From Gemmatimonadota bacterium (lineage in GTDB: Bacteria; Gemmatimonadota; Gemmatimonadetes; Gemmatimonadales; GWC2-71-9), in assembly GCA_036679605.1 (NCBI GenBank), contig JAZDCZ010000324.1:32001-96000 (forward strand): a stretch of DNA of 64,000 nt, given 5' to 3'. Positions 1-8,094 of the stretch are shown one piece after another (positions within the stretch are counted from its first letter, which is position 1; each line of letters begins with the position of its first letter). The notes under the pieces were generated by a model, which made no database searches, had not been told where the DNA came from, and saw nothing but the letters and a program-made list of their open reading frames with translations. The position numbers and the translations under genes are program-made.

Positions 1-134
1 TCACCGAAGTTGGTGTCCGGATTTTTTTCGCTGTGAGATCCTCGTCGCATGTTATGCTGCGTTGCTACCCACTGGCTGGCGACCTGCGTCCTCGCGCCGC
101 ATCTTAGTGATGCTACCAGCCGGAGCGCTGCGCC

Positions 135-257
135 GTGACCGAAGCCATGGAACGCCTCAAGACCGCCCTTGCAGACCGCTACGCCATCCAGGAAGAGATC
201 GGCGCCGGTGGCATGGCGACCGTCTACCTCGCTGAGGATCTGAAGCACAACTGTTGA
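135..257 (+). pseudogene. Truncated N-terminus of a Ser/Thr protein kinase
   Basis: Reads (VTEA)MERLKTALADRYAIQEEIGAGGMATVYLAEDLKHNC*. Aligns by eye with the start of the intact kinase at 54042 (LERLQNSLSDRYSIEREIGHGGMSVVLLARDLRHDR) but stops before the VAIK lysine. Confidence 0.85.
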
Positions 258-266
258 GGAGACGCC

Positions 267-452
267 ATGGTTAAGGGCACCAAGAAGAAGCCAGATAGGC
301 GGAAAGCCGTAAGACGGCTCGCGAACATCCCCGTGATGGTCGATCACCGCGTGCATCAGCGTCGTAAGCACTCACCGATGAGCCAGGCACGTTACTGCGT
401 CAAGTGCGGCACTCAGCTTGATCCGCCGGGTAGCACCTGTCCTGTTTGCTAA
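267..452 (+). CDS. Small basic protein with C-terminal zinc ribbon
   Basis: GAGGAG RBS before the ATG; CVKC...CPVC motif. Confidence 0.55.
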   Translation: MVKGTKKKPDRRKAVRRLANIPVMVDHRVHQRRKHSPMSQARYCVKCGTQLDPPGSTCPVC

Positions 453-560
453 CGACGACGCCGGAGTCCGTTTCCAGTCACACTCTCCGAGTCGACGCTG
501 ACGTTGTAGACTCCCGATGACCGAGCGGCTAGATCAACGACGAGGATACGATGAAGACGA

Positions 561-1001
561 ATGACCAACGGGGATGCACGGCGACGCTCATTCGACCAAG
601 GACGATGGATGTCCGAACGACAAAAACGTAGGTTGCTCGTCGTCGACGACCCTGCACCAGAAGATGGCGAACGAGCGGTATTTAAGGCCGACGTGAACCC
701 CGCTCTCAAGGGCTCAGGAGAGCTAGATCTTGAGTGTGGGAGTTGTGGCGCCGTGCTCGCTCAATCCATCTGGCCTTATGTGGTCTATGACGTTGGATTG
801 ATCTGTGCAGATTGTGGAGCTTTCAACGACACACCCTCAGCGGTAGGTGGGATGGCGTTAGGGCCCGTGCTTTACGTGCCTGTGGGAACTTATATATTTC
901 CCGCGAGCCTTTCAGTCAGAAAAGATGTCCCGATTATTGGGGAAGCGTTTCCAGGAGCCGGTCCGCCTGCAGCGGGAAGTCTCGTCGAGCTACCTCACTA
1001 G
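561..1001 (+). CDS. Hypothetical zinc-ribbon protein
   Basis: 146 aa ORF with CGSC...CADC pairs; same strand as neighbours. Confidence 0.6.
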   Translation: MTNGDARRRSFDQGRWMSERQKRRLLVVDDPAPEDGERAVFKADVNPALKGSGELDLECGSCGAVLAQSIWPYVVYDVGLICADCGAFNDTPSAVGGMALGPVLYVPVGTYIFPASLSVRKDVPIIGEAFPGAGPPAAGSLVELPH

Positions 1002-1007
1002 TAGCAA

Positions 1008-1358
1008 ATGGTAACCCCGAACAAAGGGACAGAAGGCGATATTATAGCACGCAGGTATCAACACGGTGTCCTGAAAGAGTTTTTCGTAATGCAATTCCTC
1101 AATGGCAAGATACATGACGGTGAGCGAACACTCCTAGAGGGTCTCTCGATCTACATCAAAGAGGTAACCAAGCCGTCTGGCATCAAGTCATGGTCCGGCG
1201 GGTTTGATCTACCCGAGGACAAATATATTGAAGTAGGTGGACCGTACAGAATCTCTCTTGAGGACGGACGCACAGGCGACATACTCGTAACCGAGGTAAA
1301 TTATTCGTCTCGCTCACCAATTCGGGTGTTCTTCAAAGGAGTTAGCCCGCTTGATTAG
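1008..1358 (+). CDS. Hypothetical beta-rich protein (true start may be an internal Met)
   Basis: Protein-like ORF (WSGGFDL...YRISLEDGRTGDILV); no family recognised with confidence. Confidence 0.55.
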   Translation: MVTPNKGTEGDIIARRYQHGVLKEFFVMQFLNGKIHDGERTLLEGLSIYIKEVTKPSGIKSWSGGFDLPEDKYIEVGGPYRISLEDGRTGDILVTEVNYSSRSPIRVFFKGVSPLD

Positions 1359-1403
1359 AACCGTCCATCGGTGGTCGGGAGACATTAAACTCAACGGAGA
1401 GGA

Positions 1404-1664
1404 TTGCAAGAGAGAATGACAGGTTCACAGTACGACAAGTCTGAAATCGAAACAATCCGCACCCGAGCACGGCTCGGCGATCTCAAGGAGCTACGGTGCC
1501 CACGGGACAGCGAACGCTTGCTCACCGATATAGTAGCACGCTTGATCGACGAGGAAGAACCAGCCGTCGGTGTCAGATGTGGAGATAATCTCGACGTAAA
1601 GACTGTTTCGGTGACGTGCACGAAATGTGGCGCTGAGGCCGCTCTGATTCGCCTGGGTCGATAA
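1404..1664 (+). CDS. Hypothetical small Cys-containing protein
   Basis: LRCPRD ... CTKC pattern, zinc-ribbon-like. Confidence 0.5.
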   Translation: MQERMTGSQYDKSEIETIRTRARLGDLKELRCPRDSERLLTDIVARLIDEEEPAVGVRCGDNLDVKTVSVTCTKCGAEAALIRLGR

Positions 1665-1695
1665 GGGAGGCACAGAGTACCGTACTCGATGCGTT

Positions 1696-1998
1696 GTGCA
1701 AACAGTTGGACTGAGAGAGAGCTTGACGAGGAGACGAGTGGGTAAGGTTTCTGACACCGACCACGAAATAGCTCGAAGACTACCTGACGAATTCCTCAGA
1801 GGTAGCGGCATCTCGGGTAACCGGGTTGTGCGACTGGTGAACGCGCATTGGGGGTCGTATGATAATCCAGCCCGTGCCGAACTTGCCCAGGCACTGCTGC
1901 CGATCCTGGAGGAACTTCTCTACGCCGGAGCCTACGTCACTGACGAACATCGTGATCTCTGCGAGGGTGTGGTGACGGTTTGGTTGGAGAGACAGTAG
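1696..1998 (+). CDS. Hypothetical protein
   Basis: ORF co-oriented with the cluster; helical C-terminal half; start uncertain. Confidence 0.4.
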   Translation: MQTVGLRESLTRRRVGKVSDTDHEIARRLPDEFLRGSGISGNRVVRLVNAHWGSYDNPARAELAQALLPILEELLYAGAYVTDEHRDLCEGVVTVWLERQ

Positions 1999-2106
1999 GC
2001 TCTGTGTCTACGTTGCAGAGAGCCACCTTACCGATACCCCAGCGAAAGCATAACTTGAATGCCCAACGACTATCTGGCAGCAAACCTCAGACAGTGAGAG
2101 CAAGCG

Positions 2107-2370
2107 ATGAACAAGAGGCTTAGTTGCGGTGGACACATTATCGTCGCGATCCCAGAACGTGTGCCAGAATCGACGGAGTGGTACGCCAATGGTCGTATTG
2201 AACGCCTACGCGCCGATGGACCAGCGGTGTACGAGCGTAGTCCCGGTAACATATGTGCCACCGAGGAAGAAGCTGTGAAGTGCTACCACGCCTTCGGACA
2301 GCAGGTCATTTACGATGGCATTCAACTCACCCTGTCTACCGGTGATCCGAAACAGTTGGGGAAGCAATGA
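2107..2370 (+). CDS. Small protein, CV_2116/HlyU-like, paralog 1
   Basis: Shares MNKRL...IVA.P...ATEEEAV...HAFG with the next ORF; ATGA overlap. Confidence 0.65.
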   Translation: MNKRLSCGGHIIVAIPERVPESTEWYANGRIERLRADGPAVYERSPGNICATEEEAVKCYHAFGQQVIYDGIQLTLSTGDPKQLGKQ

Positions 2371-2882
2371 ACAAGAGGCTTGAGTATCAGGGATACGTTA
2401 TCGTCGCGACCCCCACTCAAGTGCGAGAATCGGAGTGGAGCACCCGATGTGATATTGAACAACACTCCGACGACGGTTTTGTTATGATAAAGTACTTCGA
2501 CGCAACCGCGGATACATGGGCCACCGAGGAAGAGGCTGTGAGAGAGTCCCACGCATTTGGGATGCGGATCATAGACTGCGAAGTCCCCGGTCTGTCCATC
2601 GGGGGGTTGTAGGAGAATCACGTTAACAGGTTTTCTCGGCCTAACGACCTCTTTGAACGGTCTGAAGAACTGACCTAAGCTGATGTCCAGCGGTGCCAAG
2701 ATCGCCGCCAGTGTCTCCACCGTAACGCCGCTCTCGCCGCGTTCTAACCTACCCACATAGGTACGGTGCACCCTGGCCTTCTGGGCCAGAGATTCCTGCG
2801 ATGTAATCCCCGCCCTTAGCCGCAACTCTCTTAGTCGTTCGCCAATCCTCTTCCTGAACTTGGCGTTGATGTGTTGAGCCAT
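2322..2882 (-). CDS. XRE-family HTH regulator; functional part about 2623-2882, C-terminal extension probably from a lost stop
   Basis: GERLRELRLRAGITSQESLAQKARVHRTYVGRLERGE is a classic XRE/C-protein HTH. Confidence 0.8.
   Translation of the reverse strand: MAQHINAKFRKRIGERLRELRLRAGITSQESLAQKARVHRTYVGRLERGESGVTVETLAAILAPLDISLGQFFRPFKEVVRPRKPVNVILLQPPDGQTGDFAVYDPHPKCVGLSHSLFLGGPCIRGCVEVLYHNKTVVGVLFNITSGAPLRFSHLSGGRDDNVSLILKPLVHCFPNCFGSPVDRVS
2367..2612 (+). CDS. Small protein, CV_2116/HlyU-like, paralog 2
   Basis: EYQGYVIVATP...DTWATEEEAVRESHAFGMRIID; tandem duplicate of 2107..2370. Confidence 0.7.
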   Translation: MNKRLEYQGYVIVATPTQVRESEWSTRCDIEQHSDDGFVMIKYFDATADTWATEEEAVRESHAFGMRIIDCEVPGLSIGGL

Positions 2883-3008
2883 AGAGGATCATGCTACTTC
2901 TATGATTCAACTATGCCGCGTGCATTGCAGCGCCAGAAATGGAAAGGAGGACAGAAGGATATCGTACAGCGGTGCCGCAGACCAGTTGCTGTCGGCCTCA
3001 GCGACGGC

Positions 3009-3623
3009 CTATACCTCGCTCCGTTCGAATGGCACACGCGCCGCCCTCTGAAAAAGCAAAGCGGATCCAACGAAGAGCACGACGAAGAACGCGTTCAACC
3101 CCACGATCTCTCGCGGCCCGTTTACTGGGGCACCCAACCCGGCGATGAGCGCGATCACGGCGATCAACGCCTGGGTGAACGCCGCCGCGAACAACGCGCG
3201 TGCCATTCCACGGGGTCGGAAGCGCGCGATGATGGCACCGATGATACCGACTGCCAGCACCCCGCCATACATCAGGTTGGCGTCGTTGTTCTCGGACCCG
3301 ATGATGCCAACTGCGCCGTTCACCCAGACCAGGATGAACGCGGCCACGAGCGCAACGCCAACGCCGGCGCGGTACGCAGTGTCGCCTGACTTTCTCACTG
3401 CCAGTTCAAGGGGAATGCCGACGCCGAGCAGAAGGGCGCCGGCTAGAGCGAAGTCGGCCACACTCCAGTTCACCTCATCGGTGAACTGCATTGCAACCAG
3501 GGGCAGCAGCAGGACAACCGCCGCGGCTGACCAACCCGCGATCCTCCAACTGCTCCTGCGCCGTTCGCCTCCGCTTCCCGAGTCTCGTGTCATCGCCTTG
3601 TCTCCATGTCCGTCTATGTCCAT
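3009..3623 (-). CDS. Multi-pass membrane protein
   Basis: About 6 hydrophobic segments; LLLPLVAMQFTDEVNWS..DF and WVNGAVGIIGSE motifs. Confidence 0.75.
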   Translation of the reverse strand: MDIDGHGDKAMTRDSGSGGERRRSSWRIAGWSAAAVVLLLPLVAMQFTDEVNWSVADFALAGALLLGVGIPLELAVRKSGDTAYRAGVGVALVAAFILVWVNGAVGIIGSENNDANLMYGGVLAVGIIGAIIARFRPRGMARALFAAAFTQALIAVIALIAGLGAPVNGPREIVGLNAFFVVLFVGSALLFQRAARVPFERSEV

Positions 3624-3641
3624 TGCCCAGCCATGATTCAG

Positions 3642-3664
3642 TAAAGTACTTTATGATACAAAGT
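3642..3664. promoter_or_regulatory. Palindromic operator candidate upstream of the membrane protein
   Basis: Perfect 12-bp palindrome TAAAGTACTTTA overlapping ACTTT-N7-AAAGT in an AT-rich patch. Confidence 0.5.
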
Positions 3665-3711
3665 TCGTCAACCGCTTAAGCTGCCCACCGAGCGGGTGAC
3701 CTCCACTATCT

Positions 3712-3810
3712 TCAACGTGGAGTCCTCGGTCTCACCACCTGCTTGAACGGTCTGAAGATCTGACCACGGCGGCCAAGATCGCCGACTCCGCTCTCACCGC
3801 GTTCTAGCCC
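3712..3810 (-). pseudogene. Degenerate second copy of the XRE regulator C-terminus
   Basis: LERGESGV...GQIFRPFKQVVRPRTPR* matches LERGESGV...GQFFRPFKEVVRPRKP of 2322..2882, with two short internal deletions. Confidence 0.8.
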
Positions 3811-3898
3811 ATCGGGGTCAGTGAGTGTTCGCATCGTGGATGGTCGCGTTGAATCGGTTCTGTTTTCGACCGGAGCCCCATAGTATCTTTGTCGCATC

Positions 3899-4354
3899 AT
3901 GGTCACGCTACATCGGTTCGGCCACAGTCAGAAGAGGACGAGGTTAGTGGCATACTTTCGACGGGCCAGTCGTCTTAGTGAACTCGTGCTACCGCTGTTC
4001 ACTGCGCTGCTTCTCTTTGGGGGCGTCACGCTTCAGAGCGTGCGCACCTGCCCGCACCACGCTGCTCGCCACCATGGACCGAGTCAATCGGCGCTCGCGC
4101 CTACTCCAGAGTCTCAATCCGCTGAACAGACACACGCCGCAGCGGGCGAGAACCATGAGGGACGACCAGGCCCTTGTTCGTGCCTCGGCGCGTGTGAACT
4201 CGTGCAGAGCGCAGATCATGCCCATACCGGTGGAAGCACCTTTCTTGGTCTCCGCCCAACGCATGCACTCTCACTAGACAGACAGAGCACCGCCGCCGTA
4301 TGCAGCGCCGTCGCCCTGTTGCCTCCCGCGCGCGCCCCTCCAGTCACTTCCTAG
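3899..4354 (+). CDS. DUF2946/CruR-like His/Cys-rich leader protein with C-terminal RAPP arrest motif
   Basis: Hydrophobic segment, CPHH, His-rich linker, CSCLGAC, ends PPARAPPVTS*. Confidence 0.7.
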   Translation: MVTLHRFGHSQKRTRLVAYFRRASRLSELVLPLFTALLLFGGVTLQSVRTCPHHAARHHGPSQSALAPTPESQSAEQTHAAAGENHEGRPGPCSCLGACELVQSADHAHTGGSTFLGLRPTHALSLDRQSTAAVCSAVALLPPARAPPVTS

Positions 4355-4383
4355 CCACAACTCAGACTGCAAACAGCAAGCGG

Positions 4384-4450
4384 GCCGTAGCACGCTAGAA
4401 CAGGTGCTTACGGCTGTACGAGCGTCGTGGTGCCAACTCCTGAAACGGAG
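4384..4450 (+). promoter_or_regulatory. Intercistronic hairpins, one pairing with the downstream Shine-Dalgarno
   Basis: GCCGTAGCAC/GTGCTTACGGC stem, then CTCC-TGAAAC-GGAG covering the GGAGG RBS before GTG 4458. Confidence 0.45.
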
Positions 4451-4457
4451 GACAAGC

Positions 4458-5297
4458 GTGCATATCAGAAGGTCTGAAATTCAAAGGATTACGGGGTCAA
4501 CTGTTCGAGTAGCATTAATGCTCGCAGTGCTCACATTCGGAGCACGTGAAGCCCGAGCCCAAGAGGGCGAGTCGCACGAAGAAGATGGTCACAGTCATGG
4601 ACTGCACTTCTCCCACCCACTGTTTACCGAGTCCATCTCTCCGGATACCAAACTCCGAGCCAACACTGGACGCGAGTGGGAAACGGACGGCAATGCATGG
4701 GAACTCGAAGCGGAGGGAGAATACGCTTTCGACCGCTCCTTCAGCATCGAGGTTGGCCTTCCCTACTTGGTTCTCCAACCATCCGGTCTGAGCAGCACTT
4801 CAGGAGTGGGAAACCTCGAGGTCCTTTTCAAGTTCGCGAACTTTGCGTTTGAAGAGCACGGGTTACTGCTGGGCTACGGCATCGAGTTCGAAGTTCCCAC
4901 CGGTGATGACGCCAAGGGCATTGGAAGCGGCCACATCTGGGAGGTTGCGCCCGTCTTGAACGTGGGCTACAAGCGCGGCAACTTCGAACTGGTCGGTTGG
5001 ACGATCTTTGGGATCCCGTTCGGCCAGGAAGCCGGCGAGGCAGTCGAGACCGACTTCGTGTATAACGGCTCCTTGCTCATGCACGTATCGCCGCGGGTCC
5101 AGTTGCTCGCAGAGCTAAACGGCGAGACCGTGCTGAGTGGTGCTGAGGCGGGCACTACACTGGTGCGGCTTTCACCCGGTGTGAAAGTCGCGCCGTCGCG
5201 TGCCATTCCGCTCCTTCTCGGTGTCGGTGTGACGTTTCCGTTGTCGGACTCGGAGCTAGACGCTGGAGTGCTGGTGTCACTGTTTTACCATTTCTGA
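4458..5297 (+). CDS. Outer-membrane beta-barrel/transporter-family protein with His-rich N-terminus
   Basis: Signal peptide (ARA-Q), HEEDGHSHGLHFSHP, amphipathic beta strands, C-terminal YHF. Confidence 0.75.
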   Translation: MHIRRSEIQRITGSTVRVALMLAVLTFGAREARAQEGESHEEDGHSHGLHFSHPLFTESISPDTKLRANTGREWETDGNAWELEAEGEYAFDRSFSIEVGLPYLVLQPSGLSSTSGVGNLEVLFKFANFAFEEHGLLLGYGIEFEVPTGDDAKGIGSGHIWEVAPVLNVGYKRGNFELVGWTIFGIPFGQEAGEAVETDFVYNGSLLMHVSPRVQLLAELNGETVLSGAEAGTTLVRLSPGVKVAPSRAIPLLLGVGVTFPLSDSELDAGVLVSLFYHF

Positions 5298-5307
5298 GCG
5301 GGCTCGG

Positions 5308-5368
5308 TTCGCGAATGACTTACGGGATGACCACCGGGAAACTTCGGTGACACAGTGACTCTCGTCAT
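5308..5368 (-). pseudogene. Remnant of an AbrB/MazE/SpoVT-family antitoxin
   Basis: GGAGG RBS then MTRVTVSPKF / frameshift / VVIP*VIRE, matching the typical 'TVSPKFQVVIPK.IRE' N-terminus. Inverted repeats (CGGTAT..ATACCG) upstream at 5383-5420. Confidence 0.7.
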
Positions 5369-5482
5369 CCATTCCTCCGTAGTACGGTATATATATCGAT
5401 ACCGATATCGTAATACGGTAACCGCATTGAGGTGCACAACAATCTTTTGGAGAGGCTCTGGCCGAAGTAGACCTAGGTACGA

Positions 5483-5893
5483 TCAGGCGCCTGCGGCCCA
5501 CATTGTCTTTACAGCTTTGTAGCGTGCGATTCGCTGGTCGGCCGTTACCACGGTCGCTCCCAAAACGAGTGCGGTCGCGATGATCAAGCGATCGGCCGGA
5601 TCCCGGTGCACAAACCCCGGCAGCGCTATGGCGCGGAGAGCTATACGGTTATCGACCGGGACGAATTGGAGGAACGGCTGCGCCTCAGATCTAGCAACCC
5701 AATCGGCTATGCCAACAGTCAACTCCAGTCGCCCCCGCTCCACCAACATCGCCACCTCCCAGGTGCTGATGGACGAGACGTAGAGGCGGCCGCCGTCGCC
5801 GACGGTTTTATCGATGGTGGAGCGTGTGCGCCTGGGAATGCGTTTTGGATCTGCCACCCACCACACCCAGGCGTGGGTGTCGAGCAGCATCAC
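5483..5893 (-). CDS. vapC: Type II toxin, PIN domain (VapC)
   Basis: LLDTH...SSISTWEV...HRDPADRLIIATA...VTAD PIN motifs. Confidence 0.92.
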   Translation of the reverse strand: MMLLDTHAWVWWVADPKRIPRRTRSTIDKTVGDGGRLYVSSISTWEVAMLVERGRLELTVGIADWVARSEAQPFLQFVPVDNRIALRAIALPGFVHRDPADRLIIATALVLGATVVTADQRIARYKAVKTMWAAGA

Positions 5894-6132
5894 GAGCTGG
5901 TTGCTTCCCAGTCGTCTTCGGCCACCGGTTCTGTCGGTGCGTCATAGCGGACAACGGTGTCACGCAGAGCACGCAAGGACTCGGTAGGATCCTCGGAAAA
6001 CGGAACGAGTTTCAGAACCGGCGTGCCGCGATCGGTGATCACTATGGGCCGGCCCGTGCGCTCTACATCGCGAAAAAACTCGAGAGCCCGCGACTTGAAC
6101 TGCGATTTGGAAACCTTCGACAGATCTGACAT
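5890..6132 (-). CDS. Phd/YefM-family antitoxin
   Basis: SQFKSRALEFFRDVERTGRPIVITDRGTPVLKLVP; 4-nt overlap with the toxin. Confidence 0.9.
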   Translation of the reverse strand: MSDLSKVSKSQFKSRALEFFRDVERTGRPIVITDRGTPVLKLVPFSEDPTESLRALRDTVVRYDAPTEPVAEDDWEATSS

Positions 6133-6158
6133 GACTGTAGATATATTACTATAGTCAT
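6131..6158. promoter_or_regulatory. TA autoregulatory inverted repeat
   Basis: ATGACTGTAG...CTATAGTCAT imperfect palindrome abutting the antitoxin start. Confidence 0.6.
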
Positions 6159-6214
6159 AAGCTCACGGCAAGGCCCTGCGGGGGGGCTCTCCGCGGATAA
6201 CCCGATCATGGTGC

Positions 6215-6871
6215 TCATGCGGGAGGTATTACGTAGAACAGCACGGCGAAGAAGTGAAACAAGCTCCCAACCAGCACGAACAGGTGCCAGATGGCGTGAT
6301 GATATCGTAGTAGTCGCCAACCGTAGAACGCCACTCCTCCAGTGTACGCCAATCCTCCCGCGATCAGCAGCGCGATGCCGCGACTCTCCACGGAATGCAG
6401 CAGTGGCTTCACGGCTATAGCCGCGATCCAGCCCAACCCTAGGTACAACACAATCGAGAGAATCCTGAAGCGCTGCTTCGCTGTCGCTTCCAACACGACG
6501 CCGAGAGCAGCGAGCCCCCACACCAGTCCGAATAGGGTCCATCCCCAGCCACCTCTAAGGTTCACGAGAGTGAAAGGAGTGTAGGTACCGGCTATCAACA
6601 GGTAGATGGCGGCGTGGTCCAGGATGCGAAAGACACTCTTCGCTCCCGGCTTGGTCAGTGCATGATAGAACGTCGATGCAGTGTACAGGAGAACCAGCGT
6701 TGTGCCGTAGATGCTGACCGAGACGATGTGCCAAGCATCGCCGCGCAAACTGGCGAAGACGACGAGGATCACGAGGCCAGCGATGCTTAGCAGCAGCCCA
6801 GCCCCGTGTGTGATTGCGTGTGCAATCTCCTCTGCAACCGAATAGCGTTTGCTTGCCGCGTCGCTAACCAC
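6215..6871 (-). CDS. Hemolysin III / PAQR-family membrane protein
   Basis: EEIAHAITHG, STFYH, DHAAIYLLIAGTYTP, HAIWHLFV motifs. Confidence 0.93.
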   Translation of the reverse strand: MVSDAASKRYSVAEEIAHAITHGAGLLLSIAGLVILVVFASLRGDAWHIVSVSIYGTTLVLLYTASTFYHALTKPGAKSVFRILDHAAIYLLIAGTYTPFTLVNLRGGWGWTLFGLVWGLAALGVVLEATAKQRFRILSIVLYLGLGWIAAIAVKPLLHSVESRGIALLIAGGLAYTGGVAFYGWRLLRYHHAIWHLFVLVGSLFHFFAVLFYVIPPA

Positions 6872-7024
6872 TTGGACCCTCCATTGAGATTTGCCTCAAG
6901 CCCTTCGGCTTGAACCTATCGTCACTGAGCGCTATGTTGCATAAAACATCAATAAACAGTAAAATATAGCGCCAAATCGTAGCATTTCTACCTCCGATTC
7001 GCTTGAGGCACAGAGGGGCAAATC

Positions 7025-7843
7025 ATGTCGGATACTAGCGAACAACCGCCCTCAGAGATTTCATCCAGCTACCAGAGCTTCGTGACCGCCCTCCTGTCCG
7101 ATCGAGAACGGCTGTTTTCGGAGGTCGTCGAAAGTGCCGACCTTGTGCGCAAGCTCAGGTACGCGGTGCTGACGGTCCTCTTGCTTTCGTCGTTTTACGG
7201 CCTGGCGACGGGTGCATATGCCGGTGTTCTCCAGGCGTTTGCCGCCGCCGTGAAGCTCCCGCTGCTCGTCCTGGCTACCTTCGTCATCTGTTTCCCTGCC
7301 TTCTATGTAGTTCAGATACTCGTTGGATCGCAGCTTCGGCTTACACAGGTGCTGGTGATGGTGCTGTCTGCTCTGGCGCTGACGGCAGTCCTCTTGGCAG
7401 CCTTCGTCCCTGTTACCGTATTCTTTCTGATCACGGGCGCCAACTACTACTTCCTTCAATTGCTCCATGTCTTGGCGGTGCTCGTCGCTGGATTGTTCGG
7501 TATGTATGCGCTCCATGAAGGACTGGCGGTCGTTTGCGAACAGCGGGGAGTCTATCCGAAAAAAGCCCTCACCATTATGCGAGCTTGGGCGGTGCTATTC
7601 GCCTTTGTTGGAATTCAAATGGCATGGAACCTAAGGCCCTTCCTGGGTGACCGCGGAGAACCGTTTCGCGTGTTCCGCACCTACGAGGGGAACTTCTATG
7701 CGGCGGTCGCCTACTCGGTAAACAAGTTGCTCACAGGTGGGGACAAGGCAGCCGGCCCCGCAGAGCGGACTGAACCGTCAACCGTCCTCGAAGACCTCTT
7801 GGCGTCGCCGGTAGACACCGGTGTGAAGCGACAAGAGCGGTGA
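7025..7843 (+). CDS. Conserved multi-pass membrane protein
   Basis: About 5 TM segments; AVKLPLL...CFPAFY and QMAWNLRPFLG motifs. Confidence 0.75.
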   Translation: MSDTSEQPPSEISSSYQSFVTALLSDRERLFSEVVESADLVRKLRYAVLTVLLLSSFYGLATGAYAGVLQAFAAAVKLPLLVLATFVICFPAFYVVQILVGSQLRLTQVLVMVLSALALTAVLLAAFVPVTVFFLITGANYYFLQLLHVLAVLVAGLFGMYALHEGLAVVCEQRGVYPKKALTIMRAWAVLFAFVGIQMAWNLRPFLGDRGEPFRVFRTYEGNFYAAVAYSVNKLLTGGDKAAGPAERTEPSTVLEDLLASPVDTGVKRQER

Positions 7844-8094
7844 CCGATCATCGGAGGGATGGATCGCACCTCGAAAATGAGATCCTTACGATAGAGGAGG
7901 TGGCAACCTATTTACGCCTCAAGCCGCAGACGATCTACAAGTGGGCGCAGGACAAGCGCATTCCGTCGGCGAAGCTCGGTAAGGAATGGCGGTTTAGGAG
8001 GAGTGTGATCGATCGGTGGCTCGACGATCAGATGTTCGGCGAGGACTCGAGGTTTCACCATTTGAGGGAAGGGCACGAACAGGCCAACGGGTGA
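7840..8094 (+). CDS. Excisionase-like HTH_17 DNA-binding protein
   Basis: ILTIEEVATYLRLKPQTIYKWAQDKRIPSAKLGKEWRF; overlaps the upstream stop. Confidence 0.9.
   Translation: MTDHRRDGSHLENEILTIEEVATYLRLKPQTIYKWAQDKRIPSAKLGKEWRFRRSVIDRWLDDQMFGEDSRFHHLREGHEQANG

Noticed and set aside
1..30. GGTGTCCGGA plus T-run at the window edge (possible terminator or element end)
   Set aside because: Truncated by the window boundary; cannot be evaluated.
2871..3636. Long + strand ORFs opposite the membrane protein, and similar antisense ORFs throughout the track
   Set aside because: Typical high-GC antisense shadows of well-supported genes.
7840..8094. Excisionase as a marker of a prophage or ICE
   Set aside because: No integrase, att site or phage genes nearby; flanks are cellular genes.
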